Of a stretch of DNA of 64,000 nt, positions 23,037 through 34,945 are shown piece after piece. The stretch is from NCBI RefSeq assembly GCF_006345805.1, contig NC_042998.1:92194001-92258000 (forward strand), written 5' to 3'. Each line of letters opens with the position of its first letter. Position 1 is the first letter of the stretch. The position numbers were made by a program, and so were the translations under genes. The notes under the pieces are model-generated. The model saw only the letters and a program-made list of their open reading frames with translations. It was not told the DNA's origin and did not search any database. The stretch comes from Octopus sinensis. Taxonomy: Eukaryota.

Positions 23037-25612
23037 AGTAAGGCGACACTGGTAATGATCAAGCTCGAATGGTGCTTTTTATGTGCCACCGGCATGGAAG
23101 CCAGTCAGCTGCTCTGGCAACGATCACACTCGGATGGTGCTCTTAGCGCTTCACTAGCACAGATGCCAGTCATTGAATTTGATTTCGATTTCACTTGCCT
23201 CAACAGGCCTTCACAAGCTGAGTTTAGTGTCCAATGAAGGAAAGGTACGCATAAGTGGGCTGGTTACACCCCTGGCATAGGCCACAGGTTATGGTCTCAT
23301 TTGGCTTGCCGGGTCTTCTCAAGCACAGCATATTTCCAAAGGTCTCGGTCACTAGTCATTGCCTTGGTGAGGCCTACTGTTTGAAGGTCGTGCTTCACCA
23401 TCTCATCCCAGGTCTTCCTGGGTCTACCTCTTCCACAAGTTCCCTCAACCGCTAGGGTATGGTACTTTTTCACACAGCTATCCTCATCCATTCTCGCCAC
23501 ATGTCCATACCAGCACAGTCGTCTCTCTTGCACACCACATCTGATGCTTCAACTTTTCTCTCAGGGCACTTATTACTCTATCGAGTATGCACACTGACAT
23601 TACACATCCAGCAGAGCATACTGGCTTCATTCCTTGCAAGCTTACACATGTTCTCAGCAGTCACAGCCCATGTTTCACTGCCATGTAGCATGGCTGTTTG
23701 TACACATGCGTCATACAGTCTAGCTTTTACTCTGAGCGAGAGGCCTTTGTCACAGGCAATGGTAAGAGCTCTCTGAACTTTGCTCAGGCTATTCTTATTC
23801 TAGCAGCTACACTTTCAGTGCACCCACCCCTGCTACTGACTTGGTCACCTAGGTAACTGAAGCTATCAACTACTTCTAGTTTTTCTCTCTGGAATGTGGC
23901 CGAAGTTGTTCTCTGCACGTTTTCAGTGTTTATTACTCCTGAGCATCTGCCATATGCAAAAACTATCTTCCCAGTTAGCCTTCCTTTGCTATTGCTGCAC
24001 ATCTTATGTGTCCATAGCTTACACTGGCTATATCTTATAGAGTTTCTACCTATGCCTTTTCTACCGATTGAGCAGCCATCTACCTGAAGGGATTGGTGGT
24101 TTGTCTGCCTTCCTATTTATTAGGACTTTGGTTTTAGCTAGGTTGATTCTAAGGCCCTTCGATTGTAATCCTTGCTTCCACACCTGAAACTTCTCCTCTA
24201 GTTCTGACAGTCACTCAGCAATTAGAGCAAGGTCATCAGCATAGAGGAGCTCCCAGGGGCATCCTGTCTTGAATTCTTCTGATATTGCCTGGAGGACTAT
24301 GATAAATAGGAGATTGCTGAGGACTGAACCTTGGTGGACCCCTACCTCTACCCAGAATTCTTCACTGTATTTGTTGCCAACTCTCACCTTACTGACAGCG
24401 TCCCTGTACATGGCTTGCACAGCTCTCACTAACCATTCATCTATCCCTAGTTTCCTCATTGACCACCAGATAAGGGATCGGGGGGGACCCTGTCAAAGGT
24501 TTTCTCCATGTCAACGAACGCCAGGTACAGAGGTTTATCTTTGGCTAGGTATTTCTCCTGCAGCTATCTTACCAGAAATATAGCATCAGTGGTGCTTTTC
24601 CCTGGCATAAACCCAAACTGCATCTCCCCTAAACTGACTCTCTCCCTAATTAGTTGGGCTATGACCCTCTCCATGACCTTCATTACCTGATCCAACAACT
24701 TGATACTTCTGTAATTATTTGTATCTAAAGCATCACATTCACCTTTGTAGCAGTTGACTATTATGCTGTTACACCAGTCATTAGCTATGACTCCTTCATG
24801 TATCACCTATTTAACTATAGGGGTGACTAGGCTATAGCCAACATCAGATATTTTGAGCATCTCTGTGGTGATTCCTGATGGGCTGGAATAACTGGTCCCT
24901 CTGTTGGGTTGACATTCGGCAGACTCTCTTTCTCCCATTCATTCTCTTTATTGAGCAGCCTTTCATAGTGGCATCTCCAAACCTCTCTCTTAGCAGCCTC
25001 GTTTATTGCAAGTGAACCATCATCCATGTGGACACATTTCTCTCCTACGACATCATGATTCTCTTTCACACGCTGTCTTGCAACACGAAATACCTCAAGT
25101 CTTTGGTCCTCTTTGCACCTCTTGGTGCAGAACATTGGCAAATTTTTTCTTATCTGCTTCCCCTCTGGCTAAACAAACCTGTCTCCTAGCTTTCCTTCTG
25201 GCAGTCTGATAAAATTCCTTGCTACCACCGTTCTTCCAGTCCTTCAAAGCCTGTTTCTTTTCTCTAATAGCCCTGTCAACAACATTGTTCTACCACCACG
25301 TTATTTTGGGCCGAGAGGGGACTTTGCACCATCCACAGATCTGGTCAGTGGCCCTCAACAGGTTGTCCCGTAGAAACCTCCAGTTGTCTTCCACATCATG
25401 TGAAGCTATATCCCCCTCTATTTTGTCAAAGGCTTTGAGTAATACGTCTCTAAATCTCTGTCCATTTGCAGGATCTTTAAGCTTCCAGACCCTTCTCCTC
25501 CATGCTGGTCGTATTCTGGGCATCCATTTAGCCCAGATCCTGAAGTCGCTAATTACCAGTCTATTGTGGGATACATTCTTTGCCTGGGAAGGTTTTGGCA
25601 TTTATAGAAGGG
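23037..25612 (-). mobile_element. Degenerate 5'-truncated RTE-clade LINE (end of AP endonuclease, RT, C-terminus, partial 3' UTR)
   Basis: Fragments NYRSIKLL...QFGFMPGKSTTDAIF, VGVHQGSVLS...LLYADDL, FSYLG, RRLCWYGHVARM...GRGRPRKTW; multiple frameshifts and stops. Confidence 0.95.
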
Positions 25613-26963
25613 TATAAAGAAGGAAAAGTGAAAGAGTGAAGGAACAAAATCTTTTAACATTTATTGTTTAAACTATGTTTCTGCCTACATTTTGCACAAT
25701 GCATTTGAAGCTTAGTCACATAATAACCTTGTATATTCAGTATTTTTCAAAGGTTAACACTTCATTCTCAATGAACAAAGGTCAACTTATGCAATACCAA
25801 TTGCATCATCTATAGTATAATATACAGACTATCCAAGATGTCCATTTAATTCATTTCTTCACTGCTCCTGTAATTGGTTACTTGAATATGATTGATTGAT
25901 TGATTCTAGTTTCAGCTTATGAGCTGTGGCCATGCTGGGGCTAAGTTCTTGCTTCCTATCTGCTCGTCAGGGATTTCACTGTAACCTTTGATTACCTGTT
26001 CTTTGCTCTGACTGTGCAGTATAGAGTTTTTACTCAACACTTTCTGCAGTGTGAACAAGGGTATTTCTCATGTGCTACCAATTTTATGTTAACATTGCTA
26101 CTTGGTTGTAGTTTGACCTTGCTATGTTAATGCTTATATTAAAAGAACCTTAAATAGAATTTGCAACATAAAATGAAAACCACATTAAAAAACCCAAATG
26201 TAACTAATAAAGCAATTTCAAAACCAATGCTCATAGTATTGCAGAGATACATGGAAAAGCTATTCTTTCTCCCTTTTCTTAAAATTGTAAATAAACTAGC
26301 AGCAAGAAATTAATTCTAGGTGTAACTTTCTTTTAGGCTGTTCCATAAAAATCTTAAATTAACTGCTGCAATTTGCAGACTACTATTTTAAGTCATAACT
26401 AATGTTTATATCCAATTAATATAATTCATACCCACATTAATGCCATACCCTATGACAATATATCATAAATGAAGAGAAATTATTGAATGAATTTTACTTT
26501 TTTTTTTCTTCTGTATATTAATAAATGCTTGTACCTTCATTATTTCCCTTTTTAAAATATTTTCTATTTTTGAAGGTCACTAAATTATCGTTTCTAATTT
26601 TGATTTCATGACTGGAAGAGTATTTTTTTTTTTTTTAAGGTGAGAAAATATGAAATGAAATTTAACTTGGAAAACTATGAATTACTTTTACAAGTGTTAA
26701 ATAGAAAATATATAACAAGATCTCTGGTGATTCTTTGAATCTGGATTTGATCAATAAGCCTAATTTCTAATTCAAAACTACAAAAACTTATTTTTATGTT
26801 GAATATCGAGTAGATAAAAATAAAGTTATTAAATTATAATACTCTAAGAAGTTGGTTGTGCTGGATGTTGCAATCGTTATTAAGATATTTTTATATCTTG
26901 TAATATATTTAGAATATGAAATTTTATTCATTGTATCACTGATTTGTATTTTTTCTTTTTCAG

Positions 26964-26988
26964 TTGATCAGCAAATGCAGAGTATAAG
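26964..26988 (+). CDS. 25-nt microexon of host gene (I-D-Q-Q-M-Q-S-I-R)
   Basis: Acceptor TTTTCTTTTTCAG| and donor AAG|GTGAGA. Phase 1 to 2 exactly bridges 11171 (phase 1) to 41209 (phase 2). Confidence 0.7.
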
Positions 26989-28329
26989 GTGAGACATTAA
27001 ATATTGAAATACTCTTATTGAATCATTTTATGATTCTCAGTTTAAATTACTAGTTTGATCAGTGTGACATTTTTATTTTGGATGCAGTTATGTATGTATG
27101 ATTCAGCAACTTTAAGTATCTTCATTAATGAAATTGTTTCACTTTGAAAAATTTTCTTTATCAGAAATAAATTTTTGTCAACTAATATGAATTTAATATT
27201 AGGTAATCAGCATGTCATGTTATCAAATTAGCTACTGCACCTTAGCTTATTTCCTAATTTTTGACTGCTTCCGATTAGACGTTTGTTGACATACACATGA
27301 ATGGAAGCACTCCCACATAAATTTCATTGAATTACTATTTTGTGACTCTCATTCATACATCATTTAAGTGGAAAGGCATATGACCTTTCAGGCATTCTAA
27401 ACTGTGCTTCTTTCTCCTGAAGTGGCTTTTGAAATAAGAGATCATTGTCATTCAAATTTAAAGTACAAAACCTTTTTTTTATTATTTTTTTTTTAGCTGA
27501 AAGACAACTTTAAGCTTTTATACTAAAAATAAAAAAAACTCCAAAAAACAAAACTTTGACAAATCACTTTAAATGGATGACATATGAAATTGGTATGTTA
27601 CATCTGGTCTTATATTCCTTCCCTGCCCAACCTCATGCCACTTCCACTTATTACTTCATACAGTCATATGGATATTTGTGTGTATATTTTTATTATATTC
27701 TTGCTTCATAAATTTATTGTAACCTTTAAGAAAATCTGCTTTTCTGTCATCATAGAAACTGTATGGAGTTTTTTTGAATAGTGGTTGTGCTATAAATTTT
27801 CTGAGGTAAAGTTAGTTTCAAAAAAAGAAAAAAAAAAAAGGCATTTTTAGCTGATAAAAAGAAAAGTTTTAAATAGTTACACAGCCATAAATAAACCGTC
27901 TTGTTAGGAATTCGTGTGTGAAATTGTTAGTATTAGTATTATTATGGGTATTTTACTACATATTCTCATTGAATTGATTGTTGACTAGATGTTTGTATTG
28001 TGACATACCTCTTTTTTTCTTTGACCTGTTTTAAAATATGTCTTAACTGAATTCTTATTTATTAGTTCAAGTATAGAAAAGAGATGAAAGCCACTTAACA
28101 ATAAAGAATACTGAGAAACATAAATTTATTCAATGTATTGGCTTTAATATAGAAATGAAAAGTATAGTGAGAGCAGGATGTAGACAAATCAACAAAAGAC
28201 TTTTGCCAATCAAGGGCTAAACTACTGATTGTTGGTGTGTAGTTGTAAGTGCATAATGGATATATGTTATTTTTATAAACAAATTACTAATATACCCTTG
28301 TCAGTTTATGTATGTTGCTCAACAGACAA

Positions 28330-28600
28330 GTCTTAAATGTTGAGTTTTCTGTCATCATTTCATCATTTCCTGTTCTCTCTGCCTGTGACAGAATGTGCAC
28401 TGAGATACTTGCCTCCATAGTATTTGATCTTTGGCTTGAGCACATCTGCCATACCTGTCCAGAGCTGCTGATGATGTTCCCTACAGGTGTTTGTTGAGGT
28501 TTGGAGGTGGCTTCCTCTGACCTGAATCAATGTTAGTGGACATACCTCATCTTAGTTTCATCAGCCATATTTTTCTGCGCTGACTCAGGGCATGTTGCAA
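28330..28600 (-). mobile_element. Possible very old RTE C-terminal remnant
   Basis: Minus frame contains AKDQILWRQV, resembling the RTE A-x-DR-x-x-WR terminal motif; otherwise heavily decayed. Confidence 0.3.
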
Positions 28601-28993
28601 GAGAGTATTAATTGTAAAGTTTCCCTTCTCTTAAGATTGATTGCTTTCACTGCTGGTAAGGGGCTCAATCTATCCTTACAAAAATCTATTTAACCCATAG
28701 ATGGTACCCTGACAGGTACTACCATTCCAGCTCAGAATGGACCTGGAAGTAATGGTAATTAAGGAGTGACTCCATGCTCCCTACAAATTCAAAACTTCTA
28801 AACTGGAATGTCACTACCAGATGCAGTTTAATGTCATACCCAGGGTGTTCAATATAGGCCATGTAATACTTCTTTTTCATGCATTCTGTAGTGTACACTA
28901 TGTAAAATCTAGAGTATGTGTTGGCATCTCCAATCAAGCCATTTTATAGTGTACCTTATTCAATTGGGATTAGAAGTTCATTCAGTTTTTTTT

Positions 28994-29243
28994 TTCTGAT
29001 GACATACTTAAGTAAATATGGCTTCTATGCAATTAGATACACAGTATAAAGAGCTGAACTTAAAACTGTACTCAATCAGAACTTTCTCTAAGAAGTTGCC
29101 GTTTGAGAAAAAATTGAATTTAAAAATAAACTTCAAATGACAACTTCTTAGATGGTTCTGATTGGGTAAAGTTTTAAATTCAGCTCTTTATATTGTGTAT
29201 CTAATTGCATAGAGACCATGTTTACTTGAGTGTGTCATCAGAA
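28994..29243. repeat. About 250-bp foldback palindrome (about 110-bp arms)
   Basis: 28994-29107 aligns with the reverse complement of 29133-29243 with scattered substitutions; about 25-nt A/T loop. Confidence 0.9.
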
Positions 29244-30060
29244 GAAACATTTGTTCCTTGTGGTCTCTTTTTCTCTTTCTTTTATGGGTCCCATTCTAAT
29301 AAAAAAAATTTAGGCATTCATTTAGTCTTGGAACAATATGCAACGCCTTAATGAACTTATTTTCTATGCATTTATTTTCACTGTGATTGATTATATTAAT
29401 GTACAAAGATTTGGTTCTTGCAAATAAGGCTGATATGAAATAGTCAAACAGATCTTTGAGCATCATAAAAAAAGTTCATTTCAAGTGGAAATCTACAAGA
29501 GAAACGATATGCTAATTGCATTAGGTATTTAATGTTGTATTTAATGCAGGCATCTGCACTATTAACACATGGGAAATTGTGTATGCCTCATTACAAGAAA
29601 ATATTAGCATGAAAATACTGTCTACACATACAGACACATGCACATACATGCTGATATATATGCATAAAATGTGTGTTTTTATATTGATGGTTTGCAGAAA
29701 AATTAGTGCATCACACTAAAATACTCTGTGGTATTTATTGTCTTTATGTCCCTTTATGCCAAGGTGAACATAATCATTTAAGTGATAGAGATTGCTAAAA
29801 CAAGTATTGTGTGATGTTTAGGGATCAATATATGTAGCTGAGCCTCTGATGATAGCACTCCAGTATGACTGCTGTCCATTGACTGAAACTAATAAAAGAA
29901 TAAAAGAATTTATATTGTATAGATGCTGAGGTAGCACATACAGAGTACCTTATATAGGAGCATATTAACTACAGAGTTAACTTACTGAAAAACAAGGTGA
30001 ACTGTTTTCCTCAGTAGATCTGAAGGGAGTTACCTCCAGATAGCATTACCTCACAGGTAA

Positions 30061-30771
30061 TATTAGAGAAATGAATAACTACATTATTTACATTTGATGG
30101 ATATTTGTCCTCATCTTATTTGTTGATAAACCCTCAGCCTTCATCGGGTGTCTACTAACCTGGTTTCTCATTCCTAATGTTATTATTATTCAGGTAACTG
30201 CCTGGAATCGGACTCGGAATCTTGGGGTTAGGATAGGACAATAACCACTACGCCATATGCCCGTGGGCAGTTATGGAGTGAATTTTAGGGCTTATAAATC
30301 TAATATTGTCCTATCCTTCCTTAATACTGGTTCCCATATACTACTCATATCTGCACTCGGTCTGCTTAGGAGGTTGTTGTGTCCTTGCATATGTGCTGCT
30401 TCTTTTAGTTGTTGTATTTTCCAGTGGTGTTCTCTGTCTATTATTTTAACTTCATCCCATAGGGAAAGGTGGTCTCTATTTTTCCCTAAAATTCACTTCA
30501 TAATTGCCCATGGGCATATGGTGTAGTGGTTAAGAGTGCAGGCTACTAACATCAAGATTCTGAGTTCGATTCCAGGCAGTGACCTGAATAATAATAATCA
30601 TAAAAATAATATTGAAAAATACCTTAAGAATGAGAACCCAGGTTTGAAATTTCCCCAAGACACCTGATGAAGGCTGGAGGGTATATCAGCCAAAACGTGT
30701 TAATAACAAACAGGATGAGGAAAAATATCCGTCAAATGTAAATAATGTACATAATTCCTCATCTCTTAAAT
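30061..30771 (-). mobile_element. Penelope-like element: 3' pLTR (30061-30290), GIY-YIG C-terminal fragment (30292-30480), inverted pLTR (30484-30771)
   Basis: Spacer translates on minus as NRDHLSLWDEVKIIDREHHWKIQQLKEAAHMQGHNNLLSRPSADMSSIWEPVLRKDRTILDL*, matching the Penelope endonuclease C-terminal pattern. Arms are mutual reverse complements. Confidence 0.85.
30659..30702 (+). ncRNA. Decayed minimal type I hammerhead ribozyme in pLTR
   Basis: GACAC-CTGATGA-A-GGCTG(10-nt loop)CAGCC-AAAAC-GTGTT. The expected GAAA reads AAAA and stem III is shortened. A further-deleted copy lies on minus at about 30123-30153. Confidence 0.65.
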
Positions 30772-30927
30772 ATAGAACTGAGATTATTCTTGCAATTAGA
30801 AGAAAAAAAAATCCCTCTGAGCATCTTCAGATCTAAAAGCAACTAAAAAGTTCAAGGTTAGCTAATCTAAATTTTTGGAATAATATAGAATAATATAGGT
30901 AACACAGTCAGGATGGGTCTTTTATAA

Positions 30928-31000
30928 CCAACTGGTGAATGCAGCAGTCAAGTTTCAATCTTGTTACGTCTCATCAGTGAAGCATATTCACTGTAGTTGG
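30928..31000 (-). ncRNA. Second degenerate hammerhead-like motif
   Basis: Minus strand: CTGATGA (30977-71) GAC-GTAACAA-GATT GAAAC (30956-52) TT GAC, flanked by complementary arms GTGAAT..GC..CA / TG..GCATTCAC. Confidence 0.45.
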
Positions 31001-33289
31001 TGAAACTTAGAAGTGAGCAGTATATTGTTAAGGCCTAATACTCTTAACCAGTCTCACTACATTCCTCCTTGTGGCTTGTGAGGGCTATGCAGGCCTTGTA
31101 CAGATGTGCAGTCAGTAAGGTGAGAGTTAACTATGAATTCAGTAAGGACTTTAAACACACTTGTAGAAGTTCATCAAGGCTCAGTTGTCTGCTATCTTCT
31201 CTTTATTATGGTGCACCAGGATATAACAAAAGAGCTGAAGATTAGTTCTCCATAATAACAGATGTATTCTGTTGATCTAGTTCTTTATGCTGAATCTGTA
31301 GATTTAGAGAAGAAATTTCAGTCATAGAAACAAGTTCTATAGTCAAAAGGCCTCAGGATAAATTTAGCAATGGTGTAAGTTTTAGCATGCTACCATTAGG
31401 GAAATTGCAGTGCTTGATATGAAGTAAGGCATAGGCATAAAGTGTACCCCATGTTAACTATTGATGGAGAAGAGGTGTAGTAGGATCACAAACAAGCTAA
31501 TGGGGAAGGAATGTAACAGAAGTAATCAGCAGTAAAAGTACACATGAAATAGATTCTCTCAAATACTTGGGAGGTTCCTAGGAGTAATTGATAGTACTTG
31601 GTTCCAAGGTAAACATGTTGTTACTTATCATTGTCTGCCTTTTCATTACTTCCCCTGTCTCTATTACTCTCTCACCTTTGTTACTCTGTTTTTTTTTCTC
31701 CCTCATACTCCCCTCATTTTATCACTCTCCCTCACTTAGATTCTCCCTTACATTACCCTTTTATCTGTTCTCCCTCTTGCACTCTGGTTCTGTTATCTAT
31801 TCACCCTTTCATTCATGTCCTGAACTAACAGCTCCCATCATACTTTTTCTCTTCTATTACCCTCTTTCACTGTTTCTCTTTCATCACTCTCTTTTCCACT
31901 TATCCTGTTGGTGATACTGCCATGAACAGATGGGATCCCTGAAAGCTCTTTAGTATTGCTGCAAACAAGACAACCTCTCTGGTGATGGTGTTATGATGAA
32001 GTGCATTCAATACATTCTGTAAAGTAGTTGACATTCGAAAGGGCATCCAACCATAGAAATCAGGCCAAAAATGTATTGTATGCACAGAACAAATTTTTTC
32101 GCCTGAGAGGACGCTAGTTCTAAATACAAGTGACTTGGACTGGAATGACACAATTAAATAATTTTAGCATGGAAAGTGATTTTAAAATGATGACTACTAC
32201 TGCTACTGTCCTATTACCACCACCACAATTATACATGTATTTCTCAGCTCATATTTTATAAAGCACTCATTGTATTCTGTGTCATGGTTTCTGCTTTTCC
32301 TCATCTTACACAGTAGATATTAAGGGATTTTTATTATATTGAAAATATTTGGGTTCTTTTTTACTTCTACATTCCCTAAATAATTTCTGATCTTGGTGAA
32401 TATTATAAAAGTTTATGTGTAAGAATTGACATTTTGACATTTTCAGCAAATAAAGAACTAGAAGTTTCTATTTGTTTATATCTTCCTTTTTCCATGTTAG
32501 CATGGGTTAGAGAAATTTATATTATTGGGACATTATGGATGTCCTTCTTGTTATTGTTTTTCAACTAGCGGATCTCTTATTCCACACATTTTTGAGCACA
32601 TAGAACTAATAGATGATTTGCTGAGAGAGAAATGACGAACTTTACTGCGTGTAGGTCAGAGCTTTTACATGTGAAGTGTACTGAATATTTATATTCACAC
32701 ATACTATAGATACACAAAAACATAGCTCACCCATAAGTGAATATATGAATCTGTTATATAAATTTAAGATTACAGTTTTAATATCCAAATCTAGTATTTT
32801 GTTATTTACTTTAACAAAATTACAAATCTAGACATGTTTTGTTTATCCATGAATGCAAGGCAAACGCTTTGGTCGTGCACAGCCTTCCATGTGTATGGAG
32901 AGAGTGGATTTCTTGGTTGAGATCACCAATGATATTGTTTTGATTCTTAATTAAGAAGCACTTCACTTATTCCATTGAGTATGTTCTGAAAAAGCATGGA
33001 TGATAAACAATCTCAATTTATTCTTCTATAAATAATTGGCCTTTCATCTGAGTATTAATTAGAAAAACAATGAGTTTTGATTGAAGTATTTTCAAAAGAT
33101 GATGGTATTCAGTGAACAAAAAGCTGCATCTGTAATATTAATATATGAAGCTTAGCTATCAGTCATTAGCAAGCATGACTTATGTAGTCACTAGTAAATA
33201 TAGATACGCTGTCAACTCTTCTATCTTTGCTCCTGCAGAATACCAAGGATATGACTGCTCAAAGGAGAGAAAGTTGAACCACTGGTTAG

Positions 33290-33595
33290 TCCACATTACT
33301 CTGGATGGCAATCTGTAGCAGGATTACTCATTTTTATCAGCTGAGTGGACTGGTCTTGCATGAAATGAAGTGTTTTTCTCAGTTCAGGAATTGAAACCAC
33401 TATCTTACAATCATGAGCTCAACACCTTAACCACTAAGCCATGCTCTGCCACATTAGTTAGCTGGTATCTATTTTTAGTTTGGAGCAATGTGAAATGATA
33501 TGATTTGCTCAAAGACACAATAGGCTGCTTCATCCAGAAATTGAACCTATGAGCTTATGATTGTGACATTAAATCCAACCACTTAGCCACATGCT
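33290..33595 (-). mobile_element. Two adjacent decayed family A SINEs
   Basis: Two CCACT(A/T)AGCCA box A remnants (about 33431 and 33579) with GGAATTGAAAC / GAAATTGAACC box B remnants and CAGCTG...AATGAAGTG cores. Confidence 0.6.
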
Positions 33596-34436
33596 TTTAA
33601 TATAAATAGATTAAAAATTCAGTTTGAGAAGGTCCGGGAATTTTAAAAACATTTTGTCTCTTCCAATGGCTTCTCGATGTTGAGTTATCATTGCAAATGC
33701 AAGGGCAAACAGTTCTAGGAATCTATTATTGTCTGCTATAGGAAATTTAAAAAATAATTAGGAATAAAAAGAATGATAAAAATTGTTAATTGAGAATAAA
33801 AAAGAATAATAATTGAGAGAATAATTAACTATGTATTTTGTTGGTTGAATTGATGATGTCCTTTTAAAAGCATTCTTATGAAGCAGCCATCTGTAACTAC
33901 GTAGATATATTTCTTTTATCTAGTTCATTTAATTTTCTTTACACTAATTAATAGTTGCAATAATTTATATCCTTATCACATTGTATCCAGCCATGTGTTT
34001 GTCATTTGTTTTGTATCAACAAATTATTTCTATGGATTCATATTTAATATTTGAATGTTATCTTTTACTGTCACATTTATTTTTCATTAGATGGCTTTGT
34101 AGAATTTGGGTGAAGGTGTGGCCTGGAGGTCAGGACATTCAGCTTACAATCATGAAATTGTGAGTTTGATTCTTGGATTATGTGTCATGTGTCCTTGAGC
34201 AAGACACTTTATTTCACATTGTTTTAGTCTATTGAACTGAAGCAAGTACCAACTGACTGCTACTGCAACCTTCTTTCCTTCCAACTGTCAGATCCTTGAT
34301 GCTCTATTGAACCAAGGGTAGTGGGGCCAAGTGTGTGTCTGTCTGCTCACAGCTACATAGACACCAAAGCAATTAATGAAAGCATAGTACATACCATCAA
34401 GTCATGTTTGTTAGTTATAGCAGTTTTGTTTTATCA

Positions 34437-34945
34437 GTATCATTATTGTTTAATGTCCATTTTCCATACTGGCATGGGTTAGACGATTTGACAGGAGCTG
34501 ACCTGCCAGGGAAATGTCCAGACTTCAATTGTCTCTTATGGCATGGTTTCTATGGCTGGATGCTCTTCCTAATGCCAACCAGTTTACAGAGTGTGCTGGG
34601 TGCTTTTTATGTGCCATCAGCATGGGTGCACAGCACCAACAGGTGCATTTTATGTGGCACTGGCACTTGTAAGGGACAAGCCTGTATGCATGGATGACAG
34701 TGATTCTACTCAGCTTGACACATCTTCTCAAGTACAGCAAATCTCTACACCTCCTGGTCTCTTGTCATTTCCTCAGCGAGGCCCAGTGTCTGAAAATCCT
34801 TTCTCACCACTTTGTCCCATGTCTTTCTGAGTCTACCCCATCCTCAGGTTCCCTCTAGAATTAGAGCTCAGCGCTTCTTTATGCAGCTGTCCCCATCCAT
34901 ACACATCACATGACCAAACTAGTGCAATTCTCTCTCTTGCACACA
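34437..34945 (-). mobile_element. 5'-truncated RTE copy (ORF end plus 3' UTR)
   Basis: RTE tail at 34440-34480; upstream matches the FGHV..M...GR..KTW region. Confidence 0.75.

Noticed and set aside
28994-29040. CTGATGA at foldback ends as a hammerhead
   Set aside because: No GAAA and no stem I complementarity; orientation is unlike the PLE cases.
30512-30585. tRNA gene (also the SINE heads at 300-389 and 46920-46994)
   Set aside because: Box A/B present but no complete cloverleaf or acceptor stem; repeat-embedded.
31140-31600. Tc1 or LINE-like peptide scraps (also 42900-43000)
   Set aside because: Only 5-8-aa resemblances with many stops.
31590-31914. Hydrophobic ORFs 31588-31914 and 53181-53471 as membrane proteins
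   Set aside because: Pyrimidine-rich or (CAT/CAC) low-complexity DNA.
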